Below, piece after piece: positions 29,201 through 39,468 of a stretch of DNA of 64,000 bases; the stretch's first letter is position 1; each line of letters opens with the position of its first letter. A model generated the notes under the pieces. That model was given only the letters and a program-made list of their open reading frames with translations, made no database searches and had not been told where the DNA came from. A program made the position numbers and the translations under genes. This stretch comes from Candidatus Latescibacterota bacterium (GTDB taxonomy: Bacteria; Latescibacterota; UBA2968; UBA8231), in contig CBDAOB010000003.1 in the NCBI GenBank assembly GCA_965197905.1, positions 576,001 to 640,000 on the forward strand, given 5' to 3'.

Positions 29201-29400
29201 ACGAGCTGGTAGAGCCCGGACCTCTGGAGATTTGGGGCACGGTAAGTGAGGACTGGGAAACCTTCTCTGTCGAGGCCGACTTCGTGCGCGCCGTAGAATG
29301 GTCGCCGGCGTTGATCGACTTCGAGCTGGCGGCGCAGCGTTTGAAAGATTCCTTCGAGGAGAGTACCTATGCGGACATCCGGCATCTCGGCGCAGCCTGA
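26248..29400 (+). CDS. dnaE2: DNA polymerase III alpha subunit, error-prone (DnaE2-type)
   Basis: PHP domain LHCHSVFSF, LTD, RGSAANS, FQRFLN, PDADLDF, QHPGG, KFDILG, FCKSHS, C-terminal OB 'FITLED'. Adjacent to a Y-family gene. Confidence 0.9.
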   Translation: MELLGFVSLHCHSVFSFHAGVCTVPELVDRARVLGMRALALTDTNRMSGLIQFYLECRRQGLKPILGVELTAPEQPEEHVVLLARNARGYGDLCEIVTRRQLDPSSFALRETFARPWPDLVLLTASPCLLEVLHRSPNRSRLYGEIVRNSPATRARGRELQRTADTLGVPLVASNDTYFLEPSDREIHKTLRAIGLNATISRLREEELQPAHAYLKSPHEMGRIFADRPETIARTQCVADLCDVRLDLGEWKLPTIAVPAGFTPESYLQKLADEGLRANYAGSEQYERARSVQEMELEVISKLGYASYFLFVKTIRDWGNRRFRSTYRKPEDCTILRGSAANSITFYNIGVSDLDPIRYDLYFQRFLNEDRASPPDADLDFAWDEREEVYDYMVDTWGQDRVAVTCTTNHFRQRAAFRETAKVFGYSEEQISAILKSHSSLTRKIHDREIDEIFAVAERIVGKPRFLGQHPGGVIITNEPIWRHVACEFSSGEKNRMITQIDMHNGIDELGLIKFDILGNGSLAVLRDALAQLEDQGIEDPQVWNLEKCYSDPQVRGILKSGRTRGIFYIESPAQIRLNQKARAQTFEEITVTSSLIRPAGTAYTQTYVERQRKATQGVRDWEFVHPSLESILGETHDVCAFQEDVTKICHQIAGLSYKKADKIRKMMNSLHEGAVPPEEWERTQREFLDGCRRHNGLNEDQAAELWQRVSSFTGFSFCKSHSATYAQLSFQCAYLKTRFPAQFLAAVISNGHGFYRKEVYLNEARRWGVRILPLHINTSQIRFYGCSDWIRPGLMHLRNLRRSSMETVIEERTEGGPFLGLEDFVRRVPIHRQEIENLVLVGAFDGFGLTHPELLFQLDGRGSAANGNQVELQLFDSAAPGFQRGLIDFTLTERCLNELRLLGYMLSGNILDILDLHPASKGAVPTREIRSHVGRRIKLFGWPITERGHRVARSQQLMMFITLEDKTECADVILWPDVLERFGDELVEPGPLEIWGTVSEDWETFSVEADFVRAVEWSPALIDFELAAQRLKDSFEESTYADIRHLGAA

Positions 29401-30640
29401 TCCTCTCCATCTCGCCGTCAAGCTGCGCGACGTCGCAGCGCAGGCCATAGAATCCCGGGAGGTCGCTTTCCAGGGCCGCCCATTCGTTGTCGTTCGGCAA
29501 CGCGCCGACAGCCACCGCAGCAGCGTTTTCGCGCCTTCGAGAGAGGCAAAGAAACGCGGCGTCGAGGCGGGCATGCCGGTTTTCATCGCCAGACGAAGAT
29601 TGCCCAATTTGGAGGTCGTGTTGCGACCCAAGGATTACGAAGAGGATCTACGCGCCGAAATGCGCCGACTGATGGAATCGATCACCCCGGCTTTCGGCTG
29701 CCACGGAAGGGACGTGTGGTTGCTGGATCTTACCGGAACCCCGGCGCAACGTGGCCCCGACGCGCGGGCATTCGCCGAGTCACTTCGCGCCGATCTGGCT
29801 GAGCGCGCCGGTTTGCAGGGTGCGACTATCGGTATTTCCAGGTCCGAGCTTCTTGCCCGCATGCAGGCAGCCGCCGGCGAGACGGACGAGATTTGCATCT
29901 GTGAGGACGGGGAGGAAAGCCAGCTGTTGGCCGGATTCGAGGCTCGCCTTCTGCCCGGGCTGTCTCGATCATGCCGCGCTCTGCTGGCCAAGTACGGTCT
30001 GAAGAAGGTGGGCCAGATACGTCTGCTCGGCAGAAAATCGCTGGTGAAACGCTTCGGAACAGAGGGCGAGAAGCTGTTCGAACTGGTTCGCGGCGTCAGC
30101 TCCCTTCGCGTCGGACCGCGCCACCAGGGTTTCTTCGCGGAAACGATTCTCGATTGGGATGTGGTCGACCGGAACGTCCTCGAACAGTGCGTGCGTTATA
30201 CCGCCGACAAACTCTGCTACGAGCTGCGTCAGCGGGATGTCCACCTGTCTTCCTTTGCGTTGGCGGTGCAATATTCCGACGGAGGACGGAAACAACGATC
30301 CAAGGTACTGGCTCGCCCGGCCAACACCTATGTCGTCGTTGCGGACGCTGCCGCCGAGCTGTTCGAGCAGCTGTGCCAGCGGCGAATCGCCGCGAAGTCC
30401 GTACGGATCAACGCCTCCAAGGTTCGCCCGGAATCCCCTCAGCTGGATCTGTTCGAATCGAGCCAGGACAGAAGGAGCCGCTCCCTCGGCGGGTCGATCC
30501 GCAAGATTCGCGACCGCTCCGGGTTCGGCGGCATTCTCGCGGCTTCGATGCTGCCGGTCTACGAGCGCGACCCGACGGAGGCTCTGCAGTCAGCCGCCGC
30601 GCGATCCAGGGGTCGCGCTAGAACTTCGCGTCGATCTTGA
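29369..30640 (+). CDS. imuB: ImuB/DinB-like Y-family polymerase accessory protein (probably inactive)
   Basis: GRPFVV, SREAKKRGVEAGMP, LDLTG, IGIS, LPGL, RFG, clamp motif QLDLF, IRDRSG. Catalytic acidic motifs are degenerate. Confidence 0.75.
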   Translation: MRTSGISAQPDPLHLAVKLRDVAAQAIESREVAFQGRPFVVVRQRADSHRSSVFAPSREAKKRGVEAGMPVFIARRRLPNLEVVLRPKDYEEDLRAEMRRLMESITPAFGCHGRDVWLLDLTGTPAQRGPDARAFAESLRADLAERAGLQGATIGISRSELLARMQAAAGETDEICICEDGEESQLLAGFEARLLPGLSRSCRALLAKYGLKKVGQIRLLGRKSLVKRFGTEGEKLFELVRGVSSLRVGPRHQGFFAETILDWDVVDRNVLEQCVRYTADKLCYELRQRDVHLSSFALAVQYSDGGRKQRSKVLARPANTYVVVADAAAELFEQLCQRRIAAKSVRINASKVRPESPQLDLFESSQDRRSRSLGGSIRKIRDRSGFGGILAASMLPVYERDPTEALQSAAARSRGRARTSRRS

Positions 30641-31785
30641 ATGCCGCTTTGTAGAATCGGTCGCCTTCTTCGTCGGCGCCGGAGATGACCTTGGCGCCGA
30701 GATCGATATTCCTGTTGTAGGCGTAGCGAAATCCGGTGGAGACTTGAAAATAGGTGCCGGCGAAGCGGTAATCCAGATCCTTTTCCAGGTCTATCTCCAG
30801 CAGCTCGGAGTCGTAGGTCTCGAAGAAAATGTTCCACCGGAGACCTTCCATGAGCCGCTCGCTGAGGTCGTAGTTTCCCTGCACGTAAAAACCCTTGGTT
30901 GCCACATCGATGACGTCATTGCTGATGTAGATCAGCTCTCCGAGCAGGGTCAATCTGTAGGTCGTGCGATAGCGATAATACAGACCGAAGGCGTGATTCG
31001 GATCCGGAAAGTCGTGAGCATATGTAGTTGGCACCGAAATCGACCCGGTCGAGGCTGGTTCCGAGCTTCATCACGATGTCCTTGCGGTTGTTGTCGTCCC
31101 GATTGGACAGCGTATTGGAGCCTTGAAGCACGGCGGCTTCATAGGAGAGCCCGTGGTCGAGCAGATGGCCTTGGGCGACCAACCCCAGGTCGGTACGCCG
31201 CAGCGCCACCCCGAGAGAGATCGGATCCGTTTTCAATGCGCTGAGATTGCGAAAGATGGAATAGTCGTCCCAGAATCCGAACGGGTTGCGCACTCGGCCG
31301 AGCTGCAACCCGAACTGGTCGCTGAAGAAGAAACCGACCTGGGCTCTCTCGAACCCGGACTTCTCGCTCTCCGCATCCAGTTCCCGAATCTTCTTCGTAA
31401 TCAGGTTGTCAATGCGCGTCTTTCGCGGGTTGGTATCGTCGTCGCCGACGCCCTCCAGCGCCTCGGCAATGGTCAAGAATCCACCCAGCAGGTAAAGATC
31501 GGAGGTTAAAGGCCTGAATTCGATGATGAAGTCCGATTTGGAACCGAGATCACCCTCTAGATTGACGAAGATGTTGTTGAAGTAAAATCGACTGTTCTCC
31601 TTCAGCCCTTCCCTGATTCGGTCGGTCAGATTGTGGAAATAGATGGTCTCCATGCGACCGGAAAGCAGCAGATTGTCGTAGCTGTCTGTGCCTTCGTCTA
31701 CCTCCCCGAAAACGGCGGACACGACCACCAGCGCAGACGAGAGGATCCACCGCGCCCGCGAGAATTCCGACCGGGTTTCATTCAT
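30618..31785 (-). pseudogene. Outer-membrane beta-barrel/porin-like protein, frameshifted near 31022
   Basis: Signal peptide, LGRVRNPFG, DLGLV, DDNNRKDIV. Continues in another frame (YAHDFPD...GFYVQG...IDAKF) ending in Phe. Confidence 0.7.
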
Positions 31786-32143
31786 GGAATTCACCATCTT
31801 TGTAGCGCCTCAGGATGGTCTTGGCGACTTGAGAGCTGACCTTCCCCGCCTGCAGCAGCTCGTGTATGGCGACGGAAAGCAGCTTGGGTTTCAACACCAC
31901 CATCGTACCTTGCGAAATATAGATATCTTCCAGGTAGATCTGCAGCTTCATGGTGACGAACTGAGCCTCGGTGCCGTTCTCCTTCTCGACGAGACTCAAG
32001 GTGTGAGTCAACGCTTTGACGGAGTTTATTCGTCTGGATTCGGGCAGCGCGTGCAGCGCTTGAGCAACCACAAGCAGAACGAGTGAGGTTGTCAACCTCG
32101 TTCCGCTCAAGAGCGCACGCCAAGTGTTATTCGATCGTCCCAT
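31778..32143 (-). CDS. Small hypothetical secreted protein
   Basis: 121 aa, signal-like leader ending ALHA, overlaps the start of the porin gene. Confidence 0.55.
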   Translation of the reverse strand: MGRSNNTWRALLSGTRLTTSLVLLVVAQALHALPESRRINSVKALTHTLSLVEKENGTEAQFVTMKLQIYLEDIYISQGTMVVLKPKLLSVAIHELLQAGKVSSQVAKTILRRYKDGEFHE

Positions 32144-32297
32144 AACCCGCTTGTCTCGACAATCTACTAGAATTCAACCAACACTCTCACGGCTAATTTC
32201 GTGCCAGGGGGTTGCGCTACTAGACCCCCCAATTTCCGGTGGGAATCGATTTTGCTACTTTTTCGAGCAGATTGATCGTCATGGAGACAACTCGCAG

Positions 32298-33778
32298 ATG
32301 GTAACCACCTTGCTCACCAAGGCAAACCTGCTCCTAACCAGCTGGTTTGCAGGGAGGATCAAGAACAAGATCCTCTTGTCGGTTCTGAGCATTTTTGTCG
32401 TATTGTACGGTGCCACGCTAACCTACGTCTACTACCGCATAAAGGCGGATCTGTTGGAGTCCGCCCGCATCGAAGCGGTCAGCACCAGCCAGATCCTCGC
32501 CCACTCGCTGTACAGGAACTACGAAATAGAAAACGACATCCGCTCGATTCAGATCGATGTGCTCAGCGCCAAGAAGGACAAAGGCAATATTCTGGAGATC
32601 AACGTCATCAACCGGGATTTGGAGGTGGTCAGCAGCACAAACGAAGACAACCTGTTTGACCGGTTCGATAGACAGGCATATGTGGACGCCATTGATAACC
32701 GGAGCTCGGTGTTGGTGATCGAGGCCGGAAACGAACCTTTTATCAACGTCGTCTATCCAGTCTCGGCCGGACTATCGGAGAAGAATTTTGCCACCGGTGC
32801 GATCGAGATCAAAACCGATCTGAAGAGCCAGTTCGAGAATCTGCAACGCATTCAAATTAATACCGTCTTCGCCGGAATCGTCATCATTATCGCCATCGTT
32901 GTGGTTATCAACGCCATCTCCAAATCGATAACGAGACCGATTCAGATGCTTTATTCCGGCATGGGCGTAGCCAACGAGGGGGACCTGGATATCAAGGTCC
33001 CGGTTGTGAGCAAGGACGAAGTCGGATACCTGACCTCTTCCTTCAACAGCATGATCGGGTCCATCAAGGAGTCGAATCAACAGCTGAAAGAGAATGCCGA
33101 AAACCTGGCAGCCCTGAACGCCAAGCTGATGGAGATGATGAAGTCCTCCACCCGGTTCGTGCCCGATCAGTTCCTCCAGTCCCTGGGGAAAAACGACATT
33201 ACCGATGTCCAGCTGGGCGACGCCACCCTGAAGAGCATGACGGTTTTCTTCATGGACATAAGGAACTTTCCGAGCATGTCGGAGAAAATGAATGCCCAGG
33301 ACAACCTGATCTTTCTCAATTCGCTCTTGGAAAGCATCCTGCCCACCATAGAGCGCAACCGCGGATTCATCGACAAGTACGTTGGTGACGCCATCATGGC
33401 CTTGTCCCCTTCCGTCCAGACGATGCCGTCCTTGCCGCCGTCGGGATGCGGGAACAGCTGGCGATTTTCAACGAGGGGCGTGGATCGCGAGGAGACGCCG
33501 CCGTCGATCTGGGCATCGGGATCAATTCGGGAGAGCTGATTCTCGGCACCATCGGCTCGCCAAACAGAATAGATACCACGGTCATCGGCAATACAGTGAA
33601 TGTGGCTTCGAGAATGGAGAGCCTGACCAAAACCTACAACGTGCCGATCATTCTCCCGGAGCAGGTCTTCAACGATCTGGAGCCAGCCACCCGACGCGAT
33701 TTGGCAGTACAGGATCTGGGACCCGCCAAGATAAAAGGAATCGACCGGGAGGTTCGGCTTACCGGCGTGATCTGTTGA
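32298..33778 (+). pseudogene. Membrane HAMP-domain class III adenylate cyclase, frameshifted near 33405
   Basis: 2 TM with periplasmic domain, HAMP (DEVGYLTSSFNSM), RFVP, FMDIRNF, DKYVGDAIMAL, then frame change to GIGINSG...TVIGNTVNVASRME. Adding one T restores the frame. Confidence 0.85.
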
Positions 33779-34460
33779 AACGGAGAGCGTCTAGCTCCAA
33801 CGTCAGCATCGCGCCCGATCCGGTCGGTTGTATTGTCAGGCTTCTCGACTCGGTCAGGGTTACCGAATTGCCCACCACTCCCCCTATTGCTGCCCCCACT
33901 ATGACATCGGAGAGAAAATGACGGTCGTCCTGAATCCGGCCGGCGGCAACGAAACAGCTGAATATGTAGAGTGGTATCCCGACGTCTCGCCCGTAGGTGC
34001 GATGCAGAAAACGGGCAATCGCCACGCTGTTCGCGGTATGACCTGAAGGGAAGGAGAGCTTGTTGCTACCATCCGGTCGCTCGCGCCCTATCGTCACCTT
34101 GATGGGCGCTACCGCCAGTTGCGTCAACACGAGGGTGCGCAGCAAACCCGAGCCGAGTTCGGTCAAGTGACTCCTGCCCGTCGCTTTACCTGCGCTCCAG
34201 ATTCCCAAAGAGACGGGAAGATTGAAGATGCTGGAGCCGTATATGTTCGAGACGCTCGTCGGCCGGTCCAGAATCCGGGATTCCCTGACACCGCTTCGAA
34301 CATCGTCGTCCCAGCTCTGCGCAAATGCCGCCACTCCCAGTCCGGTCGACAGCACGCTGAAGTTTTCGCGGGTACCGATATTGTTCAGGTCCGACCTGAG
34401 GCCGGTTGCCTGGACACCGCTCACCAATACCATGAAGCAGATCGCAGATCTTGCCAACAT
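33759..34460 (-). CDS. PAP2-family phosphatase, exported
   Basis: KVTIGRERP, SFPSGH, RIQDDRHFLSDV. N-terminal signal peptide, RBS GAGGAG. Confidence 0.9.
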   Translation of the reverse strand: MLARSAICFMVLVSGVQATGLRSDLNNIGTRENFSVLSTGLGVAAFAQSWDDDVRSGVRESRILDRPTSVSNIYGSSIFNLPVSLGIWSAGKATGRSHLTELGSGLLRTLVLTQLAVAPIKVTIGRERPDGSNKLSFPSGHTANSVAIARFLHRTYGRDVGIPLYIFSCFVAAGRIQDDRHFLSDVIVGAAIGGVVGNSVTLTESRSLTIQPTGSGAMLTLELDALRFNRSRR

Positions 34461-34566
34461 CAATCGAATCTCCTCAAGGACGAATTGTCAGCGCTGAAAA
34501 TCGATCGTACGCCCAATGATGAGCGCTGCCATTTGCCGCAGTTGTAGAGCAGAGTCCGCGCCGAAG

Positions 34567-35262
34567 CTACAGATCCACCTCTTGCTGTCCCATTACCAAG
34601 GCTGCCTTGTTATTCCCTGAAGCAACCTGCACAGCGTGCAGAAAGGTGGGCGGCTCGGCATCCCGCTTGAGCATGACCACGTAAACGAACTCTTGTAGAA
34701 CGCCGCCGGCGACCGACTCCATCGCCACCAGACGCGCCTCGGTGAGGAACTCCTGAAACACCGGTTCGAGAATCGCCTCATGGTCGCTGCCGGGCGCCAT
34801 TCTCAGTCTCAAGATGCGTTCGGTTACCTTCTTGCTGAAGAGGTCGAGCTTGTACATCACGCCGAGGACAGCTGCAAACACGGCGGTGGCGAACGTGGCC
34901 AACATGTAGAATCGGGTGCCGCACGCCATACCGATAGCCATGACCAGAAACATAAAACCCACATCCCTGGTCTCTTTGACCGCGTTGCGGAAACGGATTA
35001 CCGACAGCGCTCCTATGAGCGAGAATGCTCGCGCGATATTGGATCCTATGATCAACATGATCAGCGCCGTGACCATGCCCATTATCACCAGTGTCTGGGC
35101 GAAGGATTGGGCGTACGAGGTGCCCTGATGTGTGGCCCGGTAGACCAGGCCCATTATCAGTGACAGCACGAATCCCAGCGACAACACCAAAGCGACATCG
35201 GTGAATGTGAAGATGCTCGTCACATCCTTGAATCGCTCCATCTCTTTGATCATCTCATCCAA
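34567..35262 (-). CDS. DUF4956 membrane protein
   Basis: SFAQTL, IGSNIARAFSLIGALSVIRFRNAVKETRD..F...AIGMACG. Confidence 0.92.
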   Translation of the reverse strand: MDEMIKEMERFKDVTSIFTFTDVALVLSLGFVLSLIMGLVYRATHQGTSYAQSFAQTLVIMGMVTALIMLIIGSNIARAFSLIGALSVIRFRNAVKETRDVGFMFLVMAIGMACGTRFYMLATFATAVFAAVLGVMYKLDLFSKKVTERILRLRMAPGSDHEAILEPVFQEFLTEARLVAMESVAGGVLQEFVYVVMLKRDAEPPTFLHAVQVASGNNKAALVMGQQEVDL

Positions 35263-36019
35263 TTTCGGGCACCTCGTCGAATGTGTCGGGTCTCGGTCCG
35301 GGATTGAGCAGATCTAGCTCCAAAAGCCGCTCTGCGCCAGCACAGTACTTGCTGTACCGCCTCAACGTGCACTGGTGGCGGGCCAGCAGATTTGCAAGCC
35401 AGATCGGAACTGCGTTGTTCGCTTTTACCTCCATTATGACCATCGAGGCTGTCACGAGGCGGTGTTGCGCCATCGAGGTCGATAGCCCCGAACTGGCGCT
35501 CGCTACCCAAAGAGAATCGTCGAAGGTAACTCTGAGACCCGGTTCGTACTGACTGCCTACGAAAGCGGTGCGCTGGTAACCGACGACACACGTGGGCTGG
35601 AGCTCCAACGTCCGGGCAAGAAAAAGAATCTCCTCCGCCGCCGCCCGATCAGCTTCATCGGAAGGGCTCTCCGTGTATCGAGCGGAGCACAGTGCGTAAG
35701 CATCCTCGAGCGGCAATACGACGCGCCTTTTTTGAGTGGTCCGATTGATGCGTTGTTTGATCTCGATGAAAACGGGGCCTCCCTCATCTTCACCGTAGCG
35801 GCGAATTCGAAGCTTGCGGCGAAACTTTATCCCCTCTCGTTTCGACCGCATGAACGACAGATCAGGCGTATCGTAATAGAGGCTCGAGATGTTGTAGGTA
35901 CCCTCGGCGGTACCGTGGGAGTCGGGCTGCATGTTCCGCCGCAAGTCCTCTTGGATTTCGGGTAGTCGTTGAGCCGCGATGACATATTTCAGCTCGAAAC
36001 GGTTGAACCTCTTTAACAT
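35255..36019 (-). CDS. VTC-domain (CYTH-like) polyphosphate polymerase
   Basis: RFELKY, ISSLYYDT, RRKLRIRRY, FIEIK, YQRTAF, LRVTFD, IMEVK, YSKYC. Confidence 0.92.
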   Translation of the reverse strand: MLKRFNRFELKYVIAAQRLPEIQEDLRRNMQPDSHGTAEGTYNISSLYYDTPDLSFMRSKREGIKFRRKLRIRRYGEDEGGPVFIEIKQRINRTTQKRRVVLPLEDAYALCSARYTESPSDEADRAAAEEILFLARTLELQPTCVVGYQRTAFVGSQYEPGLRVTFDDSLWVASASSGLSTSMAQHRLVTASMVIMEVKANNAVPIWLANLLARHQCTLRRYSKYCAGAERLLELDLLNPGPRPDTFDEVPEIG

Positions 36020-36022
36020 GCC

Positions 36023-36574
36023 TTATCTAAACTCCAACATCATAGGACGCGCGCCGGTCGAGTCGCTCTTCTTCGTCTTCTTCTTCACAGCTCGCTGGAC
36101 GGACACCTCGATAAGTTGTGGAAAGTGACCGTCATCCGGCAAGCGCCAGGAAAACGCCTCGTCATTCTTGGTCTCTCCTGAAACAGTCGAGGCGGCAGTC
36201 CTCATCTTCATTTCTATCCTTTTCCCAGTGGTCGTAGAGATCAGCAACCTCCCGTCAGCGAGGGGAGACCGACGCACGGCGTAGGCGTATCCCAGATCGA
36301 CAACACCGCCCAGGTTGGAGGATATGATGCCGCTGTTGGCATCGTCCAACATCGTTCTGGCTAAGTCTGGGTAGCTGTTCAGCACATCCTGGAAGAGATC
36401 GAACTCTTCACGTGATAGCTGCTGACGTTCACCCAGCTCAAGCTCCAGGTGCATCGTCCATACCTCTTCCAGTGGCGGCGTTCGCAACCCCCAGGCGATG
36501 AAGACCACGCTGCAGACAGCAGTGGCAACCAGCAGCAGAAATCCTGAACCCGGCCGTTTTCGATACGGAATCAT
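36023..36574 (-). CDS. Membrane-anchored hypothetical protein
   Basis: ATG overlaps the CotH stop (TGATG), N-terminal TM, stop 3 nt before the VTC start. Confidence 0.7.
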   Translation of the reverse strand: MIPYRKRPGSGFLLLVATAVCSVVFIAWGLRTPPLEEVWTMHLELELGERQQLSREEFDLFQDVLNSYPDLARTMLDDANSGIISSNLGGVVDLGYAYAVRRSPLADGRLLISTTTGKRIEMKMRTAASTVSGETKNDEAFSWRLPDDGHFPQLIEVSVQRAVKKKTKKSDSTGARPMMLEFR

Positions 36575-39430
36575 CACAGTTTGGGTCTCCGGCCGTATCG
36601 AGTCGCATAAACCCCGAATTCGGACCATTCGGGCAGTCCCAACACATTTCGGGCGAGATGAGCCAGGGCCCCGTTGGTGGGTAACGCCCGACGAATCTGG
36701 TCAACCTCGATCCGGCTCCCGCGGGCTCGTTTGATCACCTGCTTGCAGGCGACCGCGAAAAGATCGTTGGCACCTATGCTGCTGTCGCCGGTGTAGTGGG
36801 TCTCTCTCCATTTGGTCTGGAGCGCGGTGGTGGTGCCGTATATCAGGCTGCGGGAGATTCTGACGTGTGAGTCGTTTTTCGAGAGCACTCCGGTTTCGCT
36901 GTCGCTGAGAAAGAGACCATGGGCATTCACTTCGCTCTCTTCGCCGACGGATACGGCGTTGCTGGTGCAGGACTGCAGAATACTGTCCGAAACAATAAGG
37001 TTGACCCCCATCAAGTCGAGACAATCGTCGCCGGCCCCAAGCACGTGAAGCCCGCGAATAGCTCCCTGGGTAAACTCCAGATCGACGCCATCGATAGGAG
37101 CTTGCTGGATGTCTACCTCATTCAACCGCAGGTTTTTCACGTAGGTCGCGTGCAGTACGTTCTCGGCCTCGCTGATGTCGTAGAAGCTGACCCCTTCGAC
37201 AACGATATCTTCGGTGTCGTAGATGTTGAGCAAGCTCGGGTAGTCGACTCCGATCTTTCCCACCTTCGTACCGCCTGCGATGTGCATCTGCTTGAGCCGC
37301 GAACCTGCGGACGCGGGACCCTGTATGGCGATGCCTCCGAATGCCGCCCCGGTCTCTGCGGGTCCGACGACGATTGGGTGCGCGACCGTGCCCTCACCGG
37401 TAACGCGGCCATGGAATACGAGACTGGCGTTTTCGCCCATGGCAATCTTCGTGTCGGGAGCGATGATGACCTGCTGGTGCGACCGGTAGACTCGAGTCTC
37501 GGGAACCTTCACGATTCCAGGACCCAGCTGAACGATCTCGGGCGACGGTTGGACTCGATAGCTCCAGGGATGCGCAGATCGCTGTCCCGACGCGAAGCTC
37601 GGAACGCTGTCCGCGTGAGGCAGTGTATCTAAGGTGTGTGGATAATCTGTCCGCTCGACCAACAGCGCCAGCCGACTCGACCCTCCGGTGACTCGATTGT
37701 CGAGAACCAGCGCCACTTCCTGGGGCGGGCAGTCGCACCGCAGCAGGTAAGAAAAGGTTCGTGACTCATTGACCACCCTCACCGTGCCCCGTTTGGGACG
37801 CGGCTCGGCGCGATCGACCACCCGAGCTCCCGCCAGCAACTGCCGATGACGGCGCAGTGCCGTGGTGCGGCCAATAACGCCGGAGGCGACGACGGGATCG
37901 ATCGCGACATCGAGAGCGCCGTTTTGATTCAGATCGGCTCTGAGCTCGAACGGCCCCGAGCAGGATGCACTCACTGTGATTTCCCGCAGGTCATGGGCTC
38001 CATGACCAGTGACGCGAAGGTCGAGTCGCGCGACGGCCGCCTCGACCAGGCCGGCAGTGCCGCTGATGTTTGGGCGTTCGAGGGTGTCCAACAGGTAACG
38101 GACCCGGCGGCTGTAACCATGTATCTCGTCTCGCGCGGCCAGGAGCCACTTGGAGGCGGTCATGGGACGCACCATGAAGCGATGAAAGCGGGAGACCCTT
38201 GGCAGCAGCTTGTAGGCGTCCCAGTAGGGATCCGGCCTGCAGGTCCGGAGCCATTTCTTTGAACAGCTGATTGGCACGAGTGCGGATGTTCGGTACGGAA
38301 GCCTGATTTGACAGCAGAGAGAAGACAGTGCTATCCCGCAATGCCAGGTACCCCGGGGTCATTTTCAGCCTGATCAAGAGCGGATGATCGATATAGTTGA
38401 ACTCGGGGTCGTGTTTGAATCCTCTGAAACTCCAGGCTATCGGTTCGAACTTGCCGCGGTATGGATCGAAATAGAACTTGTGGTTGGAGAAGTAGTCGTG
38501 CTCACTGCCACCGAAGACGACATCGAGTGCATCGAACATGGCGTAGCGATGAAGATCGATAGTTCGTTCGGCATACTCGGCGAACGCGAGGAAACTCGCC
38601 TCCTGCACGGCTCCAAGCAGCTGATCTAGGGGTCCGAAATCGTCGCCTTCTCCGCCCGACTGTTTCGCCACCTGTTTCCAGCCCTTCCGGGAGAAAAAAA
38701 GACTGCCTACTTGCAGGGTGGAGTCGACGAGACCCGTATCGCCGGAATAAAGGGCACCGGGCATGCGCCGACCGCGTCGCAGAAGCCCTTCGACCGGTTG
38801 CGCAGCGTACCGATAAACGCCCATGTCGTTGTTGTTCAATCGGAGTCGGACCACGTCGTACTCGGGAGTGAGCAAACCCAGTTCGCGAGAAACGTCCAGA
38901 ATGATCTGCTCTTCCAGACCGAACGGAGTGGGATCGTTCACGAGATTGAAGATGCGAGTACCGTCGATGAGATCGCCGCGATCCAGGCGCACCTTCATCG
39001 ATTTCTGCGGCCCCAGCCAGTGCCAGGGTTTGCTGCCCCGATAGCGAACTCTGACTTCCCGCATGGTCCCGTCCTTTCGGACGAACGCGTCTACGTACTG
39101 TCGCGCCTCTTTGCCAGCCAACTGACGATTCAGGCCGTCGAGGTTATCCCGAGTCAGAGAAAGAGCAAAAGTAGGCAGGGGGTTCGATTCCGGACGGGCA
39201 GGGAGAGAGATGCGGCGTAGATCGCGGGTCAGTTCGTCATGCAGCGCGATCTGAAATAGTTCGACGCTCCATGGGACCTGTTCGCCAGAGGCGCGGCCGT
39301 AGCGATCGATCTGCGCATAGGCAGACCAAGCGTACCAAGCAACCGCAAGCACCAGCGGCAAACTCAGCAGTATTCCGCTCGGAGGACTGAGTTTGTAGAG
39401 TCGGTATCCTGGACGACTCGTGGGTCCCAT
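36574..39430 (-). pseudogene. CotH-family kinase-like protein with C-terminal beta-helix, frameshifted near 38232
   Basis: N-terminal TM, VRYRGS, KSMKVRL, LRLNN.DMGVY, NHKFYFDP...FEPIAW. Removing one G gives LQADPYW and joins a beta-helix region (DGVDLEF, GDDCLDL, AVSVGEES). Confidence 0.8.
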
Positions 39431-39468
39431 GGAACGTCTCTCTTAGCTTGCGCTCTGGTGCAACGGAA

